In this document: positions 18,249-27,626 of the stretch, piece by piece
How the letters are laid out: each line of letters begins with the position of its first letter
Position numbering within the stretch: the stretch's first letter is position 1
From: Candidatus Babelota bacterium
Lineage (GTDB): Bacteria > Babelota > Babeliae > Babelales > Vermiphilaceae
DNA: 64,000 nt
Direction of reading: 5' to 3'
NCBI GenBank assembly: GCA_040878395.1
Contig: JBBDMI010000006.1
Coordinates: forward strand, 67,145-131,144
Notes under the pieces: generated by a model
Databases searched by the model: none
What the model saw: only the letters and a program-made list of their open reading frames with translations
Told to the model about the DNA's origin: nothing
Program-made: the position numbers and the translations under genes

Positions 18249-19202
18249 TTAATTTTTCCAAGACACATGCCAATAGTGTATACCATAACTTTCAGGCTGA
18301 ATCCAAGCTTTAATTTCTTCGTTAGTTTTATGCCAACGATCCCAATTCGGCCAAGGATAAAATGTTGTCACAGGAAAACCAACAGCAATACCACTGTAAC
18401 CCTCACTATAAAATGCCTTTCGAAATGATCGCGTTAATAGCCCAGGTCCGGTCCGGCCAATAATAGAACTCTGAACACCTTGAGGCTTTTTAACTAAATC
18501 TTGAATGCAAATCTTTAGTATTAAATTTTTTGATGAACAACCCATTAAACCATTAAGAAGGGCTTGTGTTTTACTATATCCAAGGCCAGCATAAAAATCA
18601 CATGTATGATGGAAAATATTAAATGATTTTAAACACTCAAAATCAGTGTCGACATATAAACCACCAAATTCAAAAAGGACTTCATAACGAATAATATCTG
18701 AACGTTCACCATAGTTATCTGTAATATCATACGCTTCTTGATTTATTAAATTGAGAGAACGCACATCAAATACAATGAATTGCTCTTGATTTTCATACAA
18801 AACTCGATGCAAAGATTCGTAAGAACAAACTAGACAACCATATTTAAAATTATCAGGATTATCAGTCCACAAAATAAATTTCCATGTAGGATTATGCTCA
18901 AACCACGTTTTTCTCAATGAACTACAAAATTTGGGCAATGGGCTACCTAACCAAATATGATGCAACAATTTAGGTATTTTTTCTTTTTTAGAATATATCC
19001 AATTTTTTCTATAACTTTCATAAACTTTTTTTGCCAACTGCCAATCTCTATTTCTAGAAAAAAAATCCTGATTCATTGCCTGATTAGGACACATGCCAGC
19101 TTGAAAATCAACAAAATTGTCCTGAGCGCTAGACCGAACGTACATAAATAAAACAATAATTAAGTAAGGCCTATAAGAAAATTTTACTATCATAACCTTC
19201 AT
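18249..19202 (-). CDS. GT32-family glycosyltransferase with signal anchor
   Basis: IPKLLHHIWLGSPLP, WKFILWTD, GERSDIIRYEVLFEFGGLYVDTDFECLKSF. Strong SD (AAGGAGG) directly upstream of the ATG at 19202. Confidence 0.8.
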   Translation of the reverse strand: MKVMIVKFSYRPYLIIVLFMYVRSSAQDNFVDFQAGMCPNQAMNQDFFSRNRDWQLAKKVYESYRKNWIYSKKEKIPKLLHHIWLGSPLPKFCSSLRKTWFEHNPTWKFILWTDNPDNFKYGCLVCSYESLHRVLYENQEQFIVFDVRSLNLINQEAYDITDNYGERSDIIRYEVLFEFGGLYVDTDFECLKSFNIFHHTCDFYAGLGYSKTQALLNGLMGCSSKNLILKICIQDLVKKPQGVQSSIIGRTGPGLLTRSFRKAFYSEGYSGIAVGFPVTTFYPWPNWDRWHKTNEEIKAWIQPESYGIHYWHVSWKN

Positions 19203-19491
19203 TTACCTCCTTAATTGATTACCAAGCAAACCTCACATTGCATAATAATTCTTGTATACTATGTATCTTAAATGATTCTCTCGTAATTTTGCAATATCAC
19301 TCCTGTTATTTTTATAAAATATACTTTTTCCGCCCCACTATTTAAAACTTTATCGGCTTTAATTATAAAATTAGCAAGAGAAAACCAAAAATTATTTAGA
19401 AAAAAACATACAGAATTGAATAAAATTTATGTAGACTATAAAAAATTAAACTTAAAACTTTACAATAAAAATATAATACATAAGGAAACAA

Positions 19492-20481
19492 ATGAAGCAA
19501 TTCATATTAATAATCATTGTATTGTTATCCCAATACACATTTTCAAGCGGCATAACATTTGGACTGAACGGTGGAAGACTAGGAGATAACATTCTCAACT
19601 ATTGCAAGCATAAATGGATATCTTTAAAATACAATATAGATCTTTATGTTCCTGATTTTAAATACAAAAATAAACTTCCATTGCATCATTATGAAAAATC
19701 AAAGCAAGACCTTCAAAATGCAAATTTTTCTCAAACCAAAAAGCTTCATCATGACAGCCAGATAAATACAAATATAAAAAACTGTATTTATGTTGGCAAT
19801 TACTACCTCACTATTGATGATATTACAAATCGTGATGCATGGCCAAATTACATTTTCAAACTAAGCATCGAACACCCTGAGTTTGGAGCACAATTAAAAA
19901 AAATGCTCACTCCTGAAATAAATCATATGCCATTACCACAAGACATTATCACAGTTGCATTACACATTCGCAAAGGAGGAGGAGTTGACTTACCACTTTC
20001 TTCGCAACAATACATAGAAGATAAACCCAAAACATCTAATACCTCAAAAGGTGCCGATAAATACCATCCATTAAAATTTCCACCTGAACAGTACTACCTT
20101 GACCAATTACTTACCTTATATACTATTCTTGATGAACAACCTCTTTATGCATATATATTCACCGATGACAAGCATCCTGAAAAAATAACTCAACGAATTC
20201 AAGCACATTGTAAAAATAAAAACATTATCTTTGACTGTCGCAAAGAAGACAATGTACACAATAAAAATGTTCTTTATGATGTATGCCTTATGAGCAAGTT
20301 TGACTATCTTATTCGTTCCGGATCACACTTCCCATGGATATCCCAAATAATTGGCAACCATAAAGGAATTATTTTCCCTCAAGGATCTCATTGGGAAGGC
20401 AATAACCTAATAATGGGCCCAATTTTATTTGTAGAGCCAAACAGAAAAAGCAATATCATTGTCGAAACAAAAATTTCATAA
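19492..20481 (+). CDS. putative fucosyltransferase-like protein (GT11-like motifs) with signal peptide
   Basis: VALHIRKGGG (cf. HxRRGDY), YAYIFTDD (cf. FSDD), DVCLMSKFDYLIRSGSHFPWISQIIG (cf. GT11 motif III). Leader MKQFILIIIVLLSQYTFS. Assignment is tentative. Confidence 0.4.
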   Translation: MKQFILIIIVLLSQYTFSSGITFGLNGGRLGDNILNYCKHKWISLKYNIDLYVPDFKYKNKLPLHHYEKSKQDLQNANFSQTKKLHHDSQINTNIKNCIYVGNYYLTIDDITNRDAWPNYIFKLSIEHPEFGAQLKKMLTPEINHMPLPQDIITVALHIRKGGGVDLPLSSQQYIEDKPKTSNTSKGADKYHPLKFPPEQYYLDQLLTLYTILDEQPLYAYIFTDDKHPEKITQRIQAHCKNKNIIFDCRKEDNVHNKNVLYDVCLMSKFDYLIRSGSHFPWISQIIGNHKGIIFPQGSHWEGNNLIMGPILFVEPNRKSNIIVETKIS

Positions 20482-20572
20482 AACCTTAAAGAAAAAGTGA
20501 GGAAAACATTTGTACCCTTTATTAATTAACAAGATAAGTTTCATTAATAATAATAAAAAAAAGGATTTTAAC

Positions 20573-21373
20573 ATGAAAAAAACATTAATAATATTATTAC
20601 TACTGAGCCTCAACCCTATGACCTATACATATAAACTCATAACCACAGGTGCACCAAAGTCTGGAACTCGCATGCTATTAAAATGCGTTGGTGACATAAT
20701 TGGAAATAGCAAATATAATGCTGTAAATGGACACATTCTTCTCACACATAGACAACTCAATCAACTTAACGATCAATGTCAGATTTTGGCTGGACACCCA
20801 ATATTTAATGATCAAAATGTTGCCCATGTGAATCAACACAAAGCAAAAGTTTTTTATATAATTCGAGATCCACGCGACCAAATTGTCTCAATGGCTTTTT
20901 GGATATATAGAAACATTCATACACGTCCTGAATATAAAAATAAATCATTTGATGAAGTACTCATGGAACTCATCACCCAAAGCTCTAAAATTTATGGCAA
21001 GTCCTATAAGCATGATATCGTTTACAATTTAAAAGGCATAACTGAATTTTACAACTTATGGCTTGGCTGGAAATTAGACCTTAACACATACACTACCCAC
21101 TTTGAAAAACTTGTTGGTCCTAAAGGAGGGGGAACTGAACATGAACAATTAAAAGAAATAGAGAACATGTTCAAACATTTGGAAATAGAATATACAGATC
21201 AAGATATACAATATATTGCCGATAATCTATTTGGATCAACTCAAACTTTCCGAGGGGGACAAATTGGTGACTGGAAAAAACATTTTAAAAAAGAACATAT
21301 TAATGCCTTCAAAAAATTTGGAGGACAGCTTCTTATAGATCTCGGGTATGAAATCAATTTAAATTGGCAATAA
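20573..21373 (+). CDS. sulfotransferase with signal peptide
   Basis: TTGAPKSGTRML, YIIRDPRDQIVS, LLIDLGYE. Start at ATG 20573 (MKKTLIILLLLSL) with AAGGA upstream; the ORF-track start at 20510 is TTG. Confidence 0.75.
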   Translation: MKKTLIILLLLSLNPMTYTYKLITTGAPKSGTRMLLKCVGDIIGNSKYNAVNGHILLTHRQLNQLNDQCQILAGHPIFNDQNVAHVNQHKAKVFYIIRDPRDQIVSMAFWIYRNIHTRPEYKNKSFDEVLMELITQSSKIYGKSYKHDIVYNLKGITEFYNLWLGWKLDLNTYTTHFEKLVGPKGGGTEHEQLKEIENMFKHLEIEYTDQDIQYIADNLFGSTQTFRGGQIGDWKKHFKKEHINAFKKFGGQLLIDLGYEINLNWQ

Positions 21374-21414
21374 CTAATTAAGAGCCTCAACATTTCGAGG
21401 CTCTTAATTAGTTA
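21371..21414. terminator. bidirectional intrinsic terminator hairpin between convergent genes
   Basis: Perfect 18-bp stem taactaattaagagcctc / gaggctcttaattagtta with loop aacatttc, flanked by A/T-rich sequence. Confidence 0.7.
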
Positions 21415-21471
21415 TTTAACATCACATTTTATAATAAATACAATAAAAAACGGTTAAAAATAACAATAAGC

Positions 21472-22407
21472 TTACTTTTGCCAAGAAACTTTCCAATGGT
21501 GAATAGCATAACTTTCAGGGCGAATCCACTCTTTAATTCTTTGTCCAGTCTGCCTTCTGTAATGGTGCGGCCAAGGATATAAAAAAGTAACCGGAAATGG
21601 AATCACTGGCCCTTGAACCTCAGATACGCGCTTGATAAAACAATCGGCAAAATAATATGGCCCTGAATATGCCAAACTATCGGCTCGTTGACGACGATTT
21701 GTTAAGCCATCTATTGCTTCTTTTAATATCGGACATCCTGAAACTGAAGCAATTAAACCATTATAAAGATAAAATGGCTTGTCATGATTTACTCCTGTAT
21801 AAAAGTCACAACAGTGATGCAGTTCATCAAATGATCTTAAACATTCAAAATCGGTATCAACATATAATCCACCAATATTATATAGAATTTCATAGCGAGC
21901 TATGTCTGATTTCTCTCCATAGTTCTTTGCTCTTTTTTCATACGCATACTGATTCTTCAAGGAAACTTTGCGCATATCCATAACAATAAATTGCTCTTTT
22001 TCAGGCTGCTTTAAATAAAGTTTGAGCTGTTGAAAACTATCAAGAACAATGCCGCCATACTGAGTCGATGGATGATCCGTCCATAAAACAAAAGTCCAAT
22101 TAGGATTGTGATCTATCCATGTTTTACGAAACATTTGAGCATATTCCGGCAATGGACTTCCCACCCAAATATGATGGACAACCAATGGAATACGAGCCTG
22201 ATCACTGTATGTTAAGTCATTAAGAACATTTTTTTCATACAATTTCTGAGCTATTTGCCAACGTTTATTATTAAGTGAAAATTGCACATCATGATCAGGA
22301 TGCGTATTCATACTTTTTTGAAAATCTACACAAAAGGTTGGCAATAACTTCTCATATCCCTGTGCTGAAAAAAAACAACATAACAATAACACAAATACTT
22401 TTTTCAC
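21472..22407 (-). CDS. GT32-family glycosyltransferase with signal peptide
   Basis: IPLVVHHIWVGSPLP, WTFVLWTD, GEKSDIARYEILYNIGGLYVDTDFECLRSF. GTG start in a GTGA overlap with the upstream GT47 gene. Leader MKKVFVLLLCCFFSAQG. Confidence 0.75.
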   Translation of the reverse strand: MKKVFVLLLCCFFSAQGYEKLLPTFCVDFQKSMNTHPDHDVQFSLNNKRWQIAQKLYEKNVLNDLTYSDQARIPLVVHHIWVGSPLPEYAQMFRKTWIDHNPNWTFVLWTDHPSTQYGGIVLDSFQQLKLYLKQPEKEQFIVMDMRKVSLKNQYAYEKRAKNYGEKSDIARYEILYNIGGLYVDTDFECLRSFDELHHCCDFYTGVNHDKPFYLYNGLIASVSGCPILKEAIDGLTNRRQRADSLAYSGPYYFADCFIKRVSEVQGPVIPFPVTFLYPWPHHYRRQTGQRIKEWIRPESYAIHHWKVSWQK

Positions 22408-23360
22408 TTTAAGCCCTTTTTATAAGATTCGCGCGCTTCGCTTTGACACATTTTTATTTTTCCAAACCAATATTGAGCAAACATACGATCATAATCATAA
22501 TCAACTTGATGCATCTCGTCCCATTTTCGATTTAAATAATCCTCAGTTAATATTGACCAATCATCAATCACTAATATCGGCAGCTTTTCATATAAGCCTG
22601 TTATGACCGATTGAGGAACAATTGGAATACTACCAACAAGAATCGCCTCCCAAGTGCGATGACAATCAAGCCCAGCCCCTCGAGGACTCAAAACAAATTT
22701 TGATCGTGCTATATCTTGCATATAGCCATCAAATGGTTTTTTATTTGCAACAAAACAATAAGGTTTATCTTTAAACATCTCAATGATACCCAAACGTGAA
22801 TCATGAGTGTTGGATAAAATATTAAGATATAACAGCTTATCTTTTCGTATCTCTTTGTTTATAACAGAATACAGAACTTCAATATTTCCATGTGGCCAAT
22901 AACGATTTGCTAGTCCTAATGGAATACCATGCAACTTAGGATGATTTTTTATCTGAATATTTTTTGCAAACCACGCAATTATTTTTTCACCTTCAAGATA
23001 ATTTTTATATTTTCCGGGTGGTGCAAATAATGTATTATGCGTAATCAAAATATACCCAACAGGAATTTCAGGATGTACATACATTAAAAAATAATGAATA
23101 TAATCACCATTTACAAAAATAATATCCCCATACTTAATATCATTAGAGTCAAAAGCTTTACGCGTTTCATCAAATATATGATCCGCAAAATCTCTAAAAG
23201 TATCTCCAGATAAAAAAGGATAACTGGAACGACGCTTTGTTGCATCAGTTTCTAACCAATATGCTGGCTTAACAGAAGACGGAAGCACTATTTTTTTTGC
23301 AAAACTAAAAATATGAAAAACAATCATTAAAAATACAAAAAATGATGACAAGGTTATCAT
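22404..23360 (-). CDS. GT47 exostosin-like glycosyltransferase with signal anchor
   Basis: KFVLSPRGAGLDCHRTWEAILVGSIPIV. Collinear similarity to 15399..16334 (ISGDGFR/LSGDTFR, HVFDET/HIFDET, VDDW/IDDW). AGGAG upstream. Confidence 0.65.
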   Translation of the reverse strand: MITLSSFFVFLMIVFHIFSFAKKIVLPSSVKPAYWLETDATKRRSSYPFLSGDTFRDFADHIFDETRKAFDSNDIKYGDIIFVNGDYIHYFLMYVHPEIPVGYILITHNTLFAPPGKYKNYLEGEKIIAWFAKNIQIKNHPKLHGIPLGLANRYWPHGNIEVLYSVINKEIRKDKLLYLNILSNTHDSRLGIIEMFKDKPYCFVANKKPFDGYMQDIARSKFVLSPRGAGLDCHRTWEAILVGSIPIVPQSVITGLYEKLPILVIDDWSILTEDYLNRKWDEMHQVDYDYDRMFAQYWFGKIKMCQSEARESYKKGLK

Positions 23361-23484
23361 TAAAAAAATCTCCTGTTTTTTATCATACTTATATTTTTTT
23401 ATTGTTTAACTCATACCATGATTTGCTTATTTTGCCAATCTGTTTTAAAATTGTGATCAATTTATTTTTTTTACAGGAAACACA

Positions 23485-24165
23485 ATGAAAAAATTTTTTT
23501 TAACTCTCACCACTATTAGTGCATTAACAGTTGCAGAAACAGCCGAGCAAATGCAAATAAAATTTTCAGAAATCTATCAAAGTAATGGCTGGAGAGGAAA
23601 AGAGTCAGTATCCGGCACCGGTTCTGACCTAAAACAAACTGAAGCGATCCGCACGAGCTTACCATCACTCTTGAAGCTTTTAAAAATAAATACAATGCTA
23701 GATGCCGCATGTGGAGATTTTCATTGGATGCAACAAATTGATTTAAGTTTTTTAGATTTTTATTTTGGTGTTGATATCGTTCCACAAATGATTAAAAACA
23801 ACCAACAGCGCTATAGCACAAGCAAACGCTCTTTTATGCATAAAAATATTGCCCATGATCTATTGCCTAAAGTAGATCTAATTTTTTGTCGTGATTGCCT
23901 CGTACATTTAGAACTAAAAGATACACTACAAGTATTAAAAAATTTTAAAAGAAGTGGTTCAAAATATATACTCCTAACAACATTTACACGCAAAAGTCCC
24001 AACACAAACCTCCCATCGTGGCAATGGAGAACTTTAAACATGCAATTAGAACCATTTAATTTCCCTGAACCAATAGCGCTAATTAATGAACAATGCACAG
24101 AAAACAATGGTGAATATACAGATAAGTCACTTGGACTATGGAGACTATCTGATATAAATATTTAA
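23485..24165 (+). CDS. class I SAM-dependent methyltransferase with signal peptide
   Basis: MLDAACGDFHWMQQIDL and DLIFCRDCLVHLELKD. Paralog of 2547 and 9799. AGGAA 6 nt upstream of the ATG. Confidence 0.65.
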   Translation: MKKFFLTLTTISALTVAETAEQMQIKFSEIYQSNGWRGKESVSGTGSDLKQTEAIRTSLPSLLKLLKINTMLDAACGDFHWMQQIDLSFLDFYFGVDIVPQMIKNNQQRYSTSKRSFMHKNIAHDLLPKVDLIFCRDCLVHLELKDTLQVLKNFKRSGSKYILLTTFTRKSPNTNLPSWQWRTLNMQLEPFNFPEPIALINEQCTENNGEYTDKSLGLWRLSDINI

Positions 24166-24166
24166 C

Positions 24167-24204
24167 AAAAAAAGAGGCATAATTTCACTAATGCCTCTTT
24201 TTTT
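24167..24204. terminator. bidirectional intrinsic terminator
   Basis: aaaaaaagaggcat-aatttcacta-atgcctcttttttt. An 8-bp GC-containing stem extended by complementary A and T runs, lying between convergent genes. Confidence 0.7.
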
Positions 24205-24262
24205 AATTTATCATTTCTTTATCTTTTTAATTTTTTGTAGTATGCCAAATTGTTCCAGAAAC

Positions 24263-25045
24263 TCAAAATGACATATTGCCACTATTTTTTTCATCGGAAC
24301 TCTTAAGAGAATATCCCATAAATGTTTCCATTTCCCAATTAAGGCTATTATTAACAAGTTCTAAATCACTTGAACTAATTGGAGCATATTTCTTTGGTTC
24401 AAATGATTGATTTCCACTGTCTTTATAAGTATTAATTGCAACAAAAGGCTCTTTTTTTGTTAACTCAAAACACTCTGAAACAAACCCAATAAATTGTTCA
24501 GGATTTTTTACTACGTCTTCATACCGAACGAAAAGAAAATTTTTCACCTCCATTCCGATCGTTAAAAAATTCTTCATTTCCAAGTTTCTCGCATCTAATA
24601 TATTCTGAAAACTAGTTTTTTCAGGAATATGCGGATAATGAAACTTAGTAGAAATAAAATTATAAAAAGAAGTCCTATCTTGATGAGGCAAAAGTTCTTT
24701 GTGAGAAAATAGGCTCTTGAGCCAATTATATGGATCCCGCACTACCAAAACAAAAAGGCAATTATCTTTGCGTAAAAATGGAAAATCATTAACATTATCT
24801 ACAACAGGCCAATGATGTTTATGTGGTACTTGTTTTTGATTAATAGGATGATTAAAAAAATAAGATGGAAAATTTGCCTTCATTAAACCTTGGATAAAAT
24901 TAGTTCCTGAACATCTTTGTCCTATGAGAGCAAGTTCAGTTATTTTATCTCCTGAAGAATGAATCGATGGATGTGAAAAACCACTCATTCCAAGGCCAAA
25001 AAGTTTACTCGTTAATAATAGTAAAATAATGTATTTTTTTTCCAT
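24263..25045 (-). CDS. sulfotransferase-like protein with signal peptide
   Basis: LIGQRCSGTNFIQ (P-loop-like 5'-PSB) and VVRDPYNWLKS (3'-PB-like). Leader MEKKYIILLLLTSKLFG. More divergent than the three PKSG/RDPRD paralogs. Confidence 0.5.
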   Translation of the reverse strand: MEKKYIILLLLTSKLFGLGMSGFSHPSIHSSGDKITELALIGQRCSGTNFIQGLMKANFPSYFFNHPINQKQVPHKHHWPVVDNVNDFPFLRKDNCLFVLVVRDPYNWLKSLFSHKELLPHQDRTSFYNFISTKFHYPHIPEKTSFQNILDARNLEMKNFLTIGMEVKNFLFVRYEDVVKNPEQFIGFVSECFELTKKEPFVAINTYKDSGNQSFEPKKYAPISSSDLELVNNSLNWEMETFMGYSLKSSDEKNSGNMSF

Positions 25046-25203
25046 TACAAAGCCCCTTTTTTTTATAAGATTTTTTTTAAAAAAACATAGCTTTAGTTAA
25101 AAAACAATGACAAATCACTCGAATTATAGAAACTATCTGATATCAGTGTTTAGCAAAAAAAACATGAATAAAATTATGCCTCTTTTTTAAAATCATAGTT
25201 TCT

Positions 25204-25788
25204 TTAGGGAAAAATTACACCCCATTTCTTTTCTTGACAAACATACACAATACAATTTCTTTTTAATTGTTTTGCTGTATCAAACATAATTTGCCATTCA
25301 ATATCAATGTGTACGTCATCAAAAATAAGTGGAACACTTACATCAAACATTTCAATATTCTCTAAAAAGCCTCTTCTTCCAATACAACGCGGAGGGCCAT
25401 CAATAAGAATTGCATCATATGATGGAGGTAGTTTTGACTTTAATATGTCTAGATTATACCAGTTATTGACAATAGGCGCATGAATATAATTACTGCTATG
25501 TCTATTAACAAATTGATGATTATGTTCTACTGAATACATAATAAAATGTTTTGCTAACTGTCCCGTACCAAAACCACTACCAAACTCTAAAATGGTAGAC
25601 CCTTGTGGCAATAATTCTTGCATAAAATGATACAGTTCTTGAGAAATTGCCATGCCACCAAAACCATTGATTTTTACTGCTCCAACAGGAACATCATAAT
25701 TTATAACAGTGACTCTTGGCTTAAAATCAGCTTTCATGCTAAAAATAAGCATCAGTGAAAATGCTAAACTAATAAAAGATTTCTTCAT
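25204..25788 (-). CDS. DUF579/Polysacc_synt_4-like putative polysaccharide O-methyltransferase with signal peptide
   Basis: TILEFGSGFGTG, YSVEHN, YDAILIDGPPRCIGRRG, LIFDDVHIDIE. The layout resembles plant glucuronoxylan methyltransferase (GXM/DUF579). Paralog at 31343. Start at MKKSFISLAFSLML with GAAGGA upstream. Confidence 0.4.
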   Translation of the reverse strand: MKKSFISLAFSLMLIFSMKADFKPRVTVINYDVPVGAVKINGFGGMAISQELYHFMQELLPQGSTILEFGSGFGTGQLAKHFIMYSVEHNHQFVNRHSSNYIHAPIVNNWYNLDILKSKLPPSYDAILIDGPPRCIGRRGFLENIEMFDVSVPLIFDDVHIDIEWQIMFDTAKQLKRNCIVYVCQEKKWGVIFP

Positions 25789-25860
25789 TAAACATCCTTC
25801 TTTTTTTATAAAAAATTTAATTGGCATTAACATACCCAGCCTTCAAAATTCTGTCAATTC

Positions 25861-26739
25861 CTAACGTTGAATAAATGTTGGTTCATATTCCATATGGGCT
25901 GACCTATTTTGAATCTGATACAGCGGCCACAAATCAATCTTCTTTCCATCCAAAAAACACTGCAATAATGTCTTTGGACTAAGATCTTTTCTTTTCATAT
26001 TCGAATTACCAAATTGAGTCTGGACAACATTAAGAGGTAAATTTACAATCTTTGAAGTTGCATAACAAAATCCTTGCCTCCCTCTTATTTTACTCGTAAC
26101 GCCTGCCCACATTGACTCAAGTGAATTTGGATTGTAATATCCTAACCGGTTCATATCATCTTTAATGTCTTTTTTACGATAAACAGTCATATCCACTGTG
26201 TGTGGATACCCCCAGTCTGAAATTTGTGATGCTTGATTAAAGCGCCAAATAAAGCCGTCCCCTACATCTTGTAAAGGCGGAATAGATTGAGCTCGATTCC
26301 ATGAGTAAAGATAATTTATATAAGGGGATAATCGTAAAAAACAACCATATGCATTATACTGCTCCATAGCTGAAATAGCATGATGTAAATCAATATCATC
26401 TTTTACAATAATGTCATCAACCCCAAACAATATATATTCTGCTGTTGATGCATTAAAAGCTTTAAGGGTCAATTGCTTAAAGTCTTTTGCATCCTTTCTT
26501 TGTTTTAAATAATGCACTTGTGGAAAACTTTGTTTTACTATTTCATATCCTGATTGAAAATCATCACCACTAGAACGATAAACCACAAAAACATCTCTGA
26601 GACCTGAAATAAAAACCGAGCTTGATTCTAATAATGCATAAAGTTGCATTGGACGATCAAAAGAAAAAATAATAAAATCTGCCTGATTTTGTGCATGTAT
26701 TGCAAAAAAACCGAATATACAAAATAATAATTGCTTCAT
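25861..26739 (-). CDS. unclassified GT-A-like protein with signal peptide (paralog of 32897..33787)
   Basis: DFIIFSFDRPMQLYALLES, FVVYRSS, EYILFGVDDIIVKD (DXD-like), YPHTVDMTVYRK. Collinear with 32897..33787 and with the C-terminal domains of 33799 and 37140. Confidence 0.4.
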   Translation of the reverse strand: MKQLLFCIFGFFAIHAQNQADFIIFSFDRPMQLYALLESSSVFISGLRDVFVVYRSSGDDFQSGYEIVKQSFPQVHYLKQRKDAKDFKQLTLKAFNASTAEYILFGVDDIIVKDDIDLHHAISAMEQYNAYGCFLRLSPYINYLYSWNRAQSIPPLQDVGDGFIWRFNQASQISDWGYPHTVDMTVYRKKDIKDDMNRLGYYNPNSLESMWAGVTSKIRGRQGFCYATSKIVNLPLNVVQTQFGNSNMKRKDLSPKTLLQCFLDGKKIDLWPLYQIQNRSAHMEYEPTFIQR

Positions 26740-26763
26740 CTTTTCTTACTTCCTTTTTAATAC

Positions 26764-27615
26764 TTATAATGTAATACGCACATCTCCCAACGGTTGATAT
26801 GGCTCCATACTACAAATGTAATGACACATACATTGTTGTATTTTTAAGTTTCTTCGTACATCAGCTAATGGATTTTTTGCATTATACATGTATAAAGCTT
26901 CATCCTCAAAGCAATAATAACGGCCTGCACACATTTCCAACAAAGGGTACATAATGGCACGATCACATGTAGTTGGTAAGAATGCATCCTTGTACATGAA
27001 ATCTTTTTTATCGATCTTTTTGAATAACCAAGCATAGTAAGTACGCAAATGCGATGAAACCCATTCACTGCGTCGATATTTATTATCTTTTATTACTTCA
27101 GGATCATGACGTTTGCAAAAACCGGTATAACCATCAGGCCAAACTTTAAACTGACCAAATGTCATCCAAACATCAGCGTCTGCATATGCATTATTTACAC
27201 GTGCAAAAACTAAATCATCTGCAAGCCAATCGTCTCCATCTATATTAAGCACAATTACATGGTCGGGCAATTGATGAATAATGTTATACCAATTTGCCAT
27301 TGCTCCCATACGCACTTCATTATGTATTAATGTAACTTTTTCATTTAATGAGTGATTACTTAAGTAATTACACAACCTTTCATGAGTATCATCAGTTGAA
27401 CAGTCATTGATAATATACAGATGATAATTTTCATATTTTTGATCTAAAATTGTCTGAACATTTTTAAGACACCATCGACTGTTATTATAGGTAGGAACCA
27501 CAATAGCCAACTCTTTTTGACCATCTATTTCATGTTGCTTAATAGCATGCCATTGTTCTTGCGACATTGACTGACATACATGCACACTCAGAAATAAACA
27601 TAATAAAAAAAACAT
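26764..27615 (-). CDS. GT2-family glycosyltransferase with signal peptide
   Basis: LAIVVPTYNNSRW, YENYHLYIINDCSTDDT, VLNIDGDDWLADD, SHLRTYYAWLFKK. AAGGAAG upstream of the ATG. Confidence 0.8.
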   Translation of the reverse strand: MFFLLCLFLSVHVCQSMSQEQWHAIKQHEIDGQKELAIVVPTYNNSRWCLKNVQTILDQKYENYHLYIINDCSTDDTHERLCNYLSNHSLNEKVTLIHNEVRMGAMANWYNIIHQLPDHVIVLNIDGDDWLADDLVFARVNNAYADADVWMTFGQFKVWPDGYTGFCKRHDPEVIKDNKYRRSEWVSSHLRTYYAWLFKKIDKKDFMYKDAFLPTTCDRAIMYPLLEMCAGRYYCFEDEALYMYNAKNPLADVRRNLKIQQCMCHYICSMEPYQPLGDVRITL

Positions 27616-27626
27616 ATCTTCCTTTT

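Noticed and set aside
19289-19318. A sigma70-like promoter (TTGCAA, 17-18 nt, TATAAA) in the divergent region upstream of 19492.
   Set aside because: In intergenic DNA this AT-rich, such near-consensus hexamers occur by chance, and the match lies ~175 nt from the start codon. It is not reportable without transcription start mapping.
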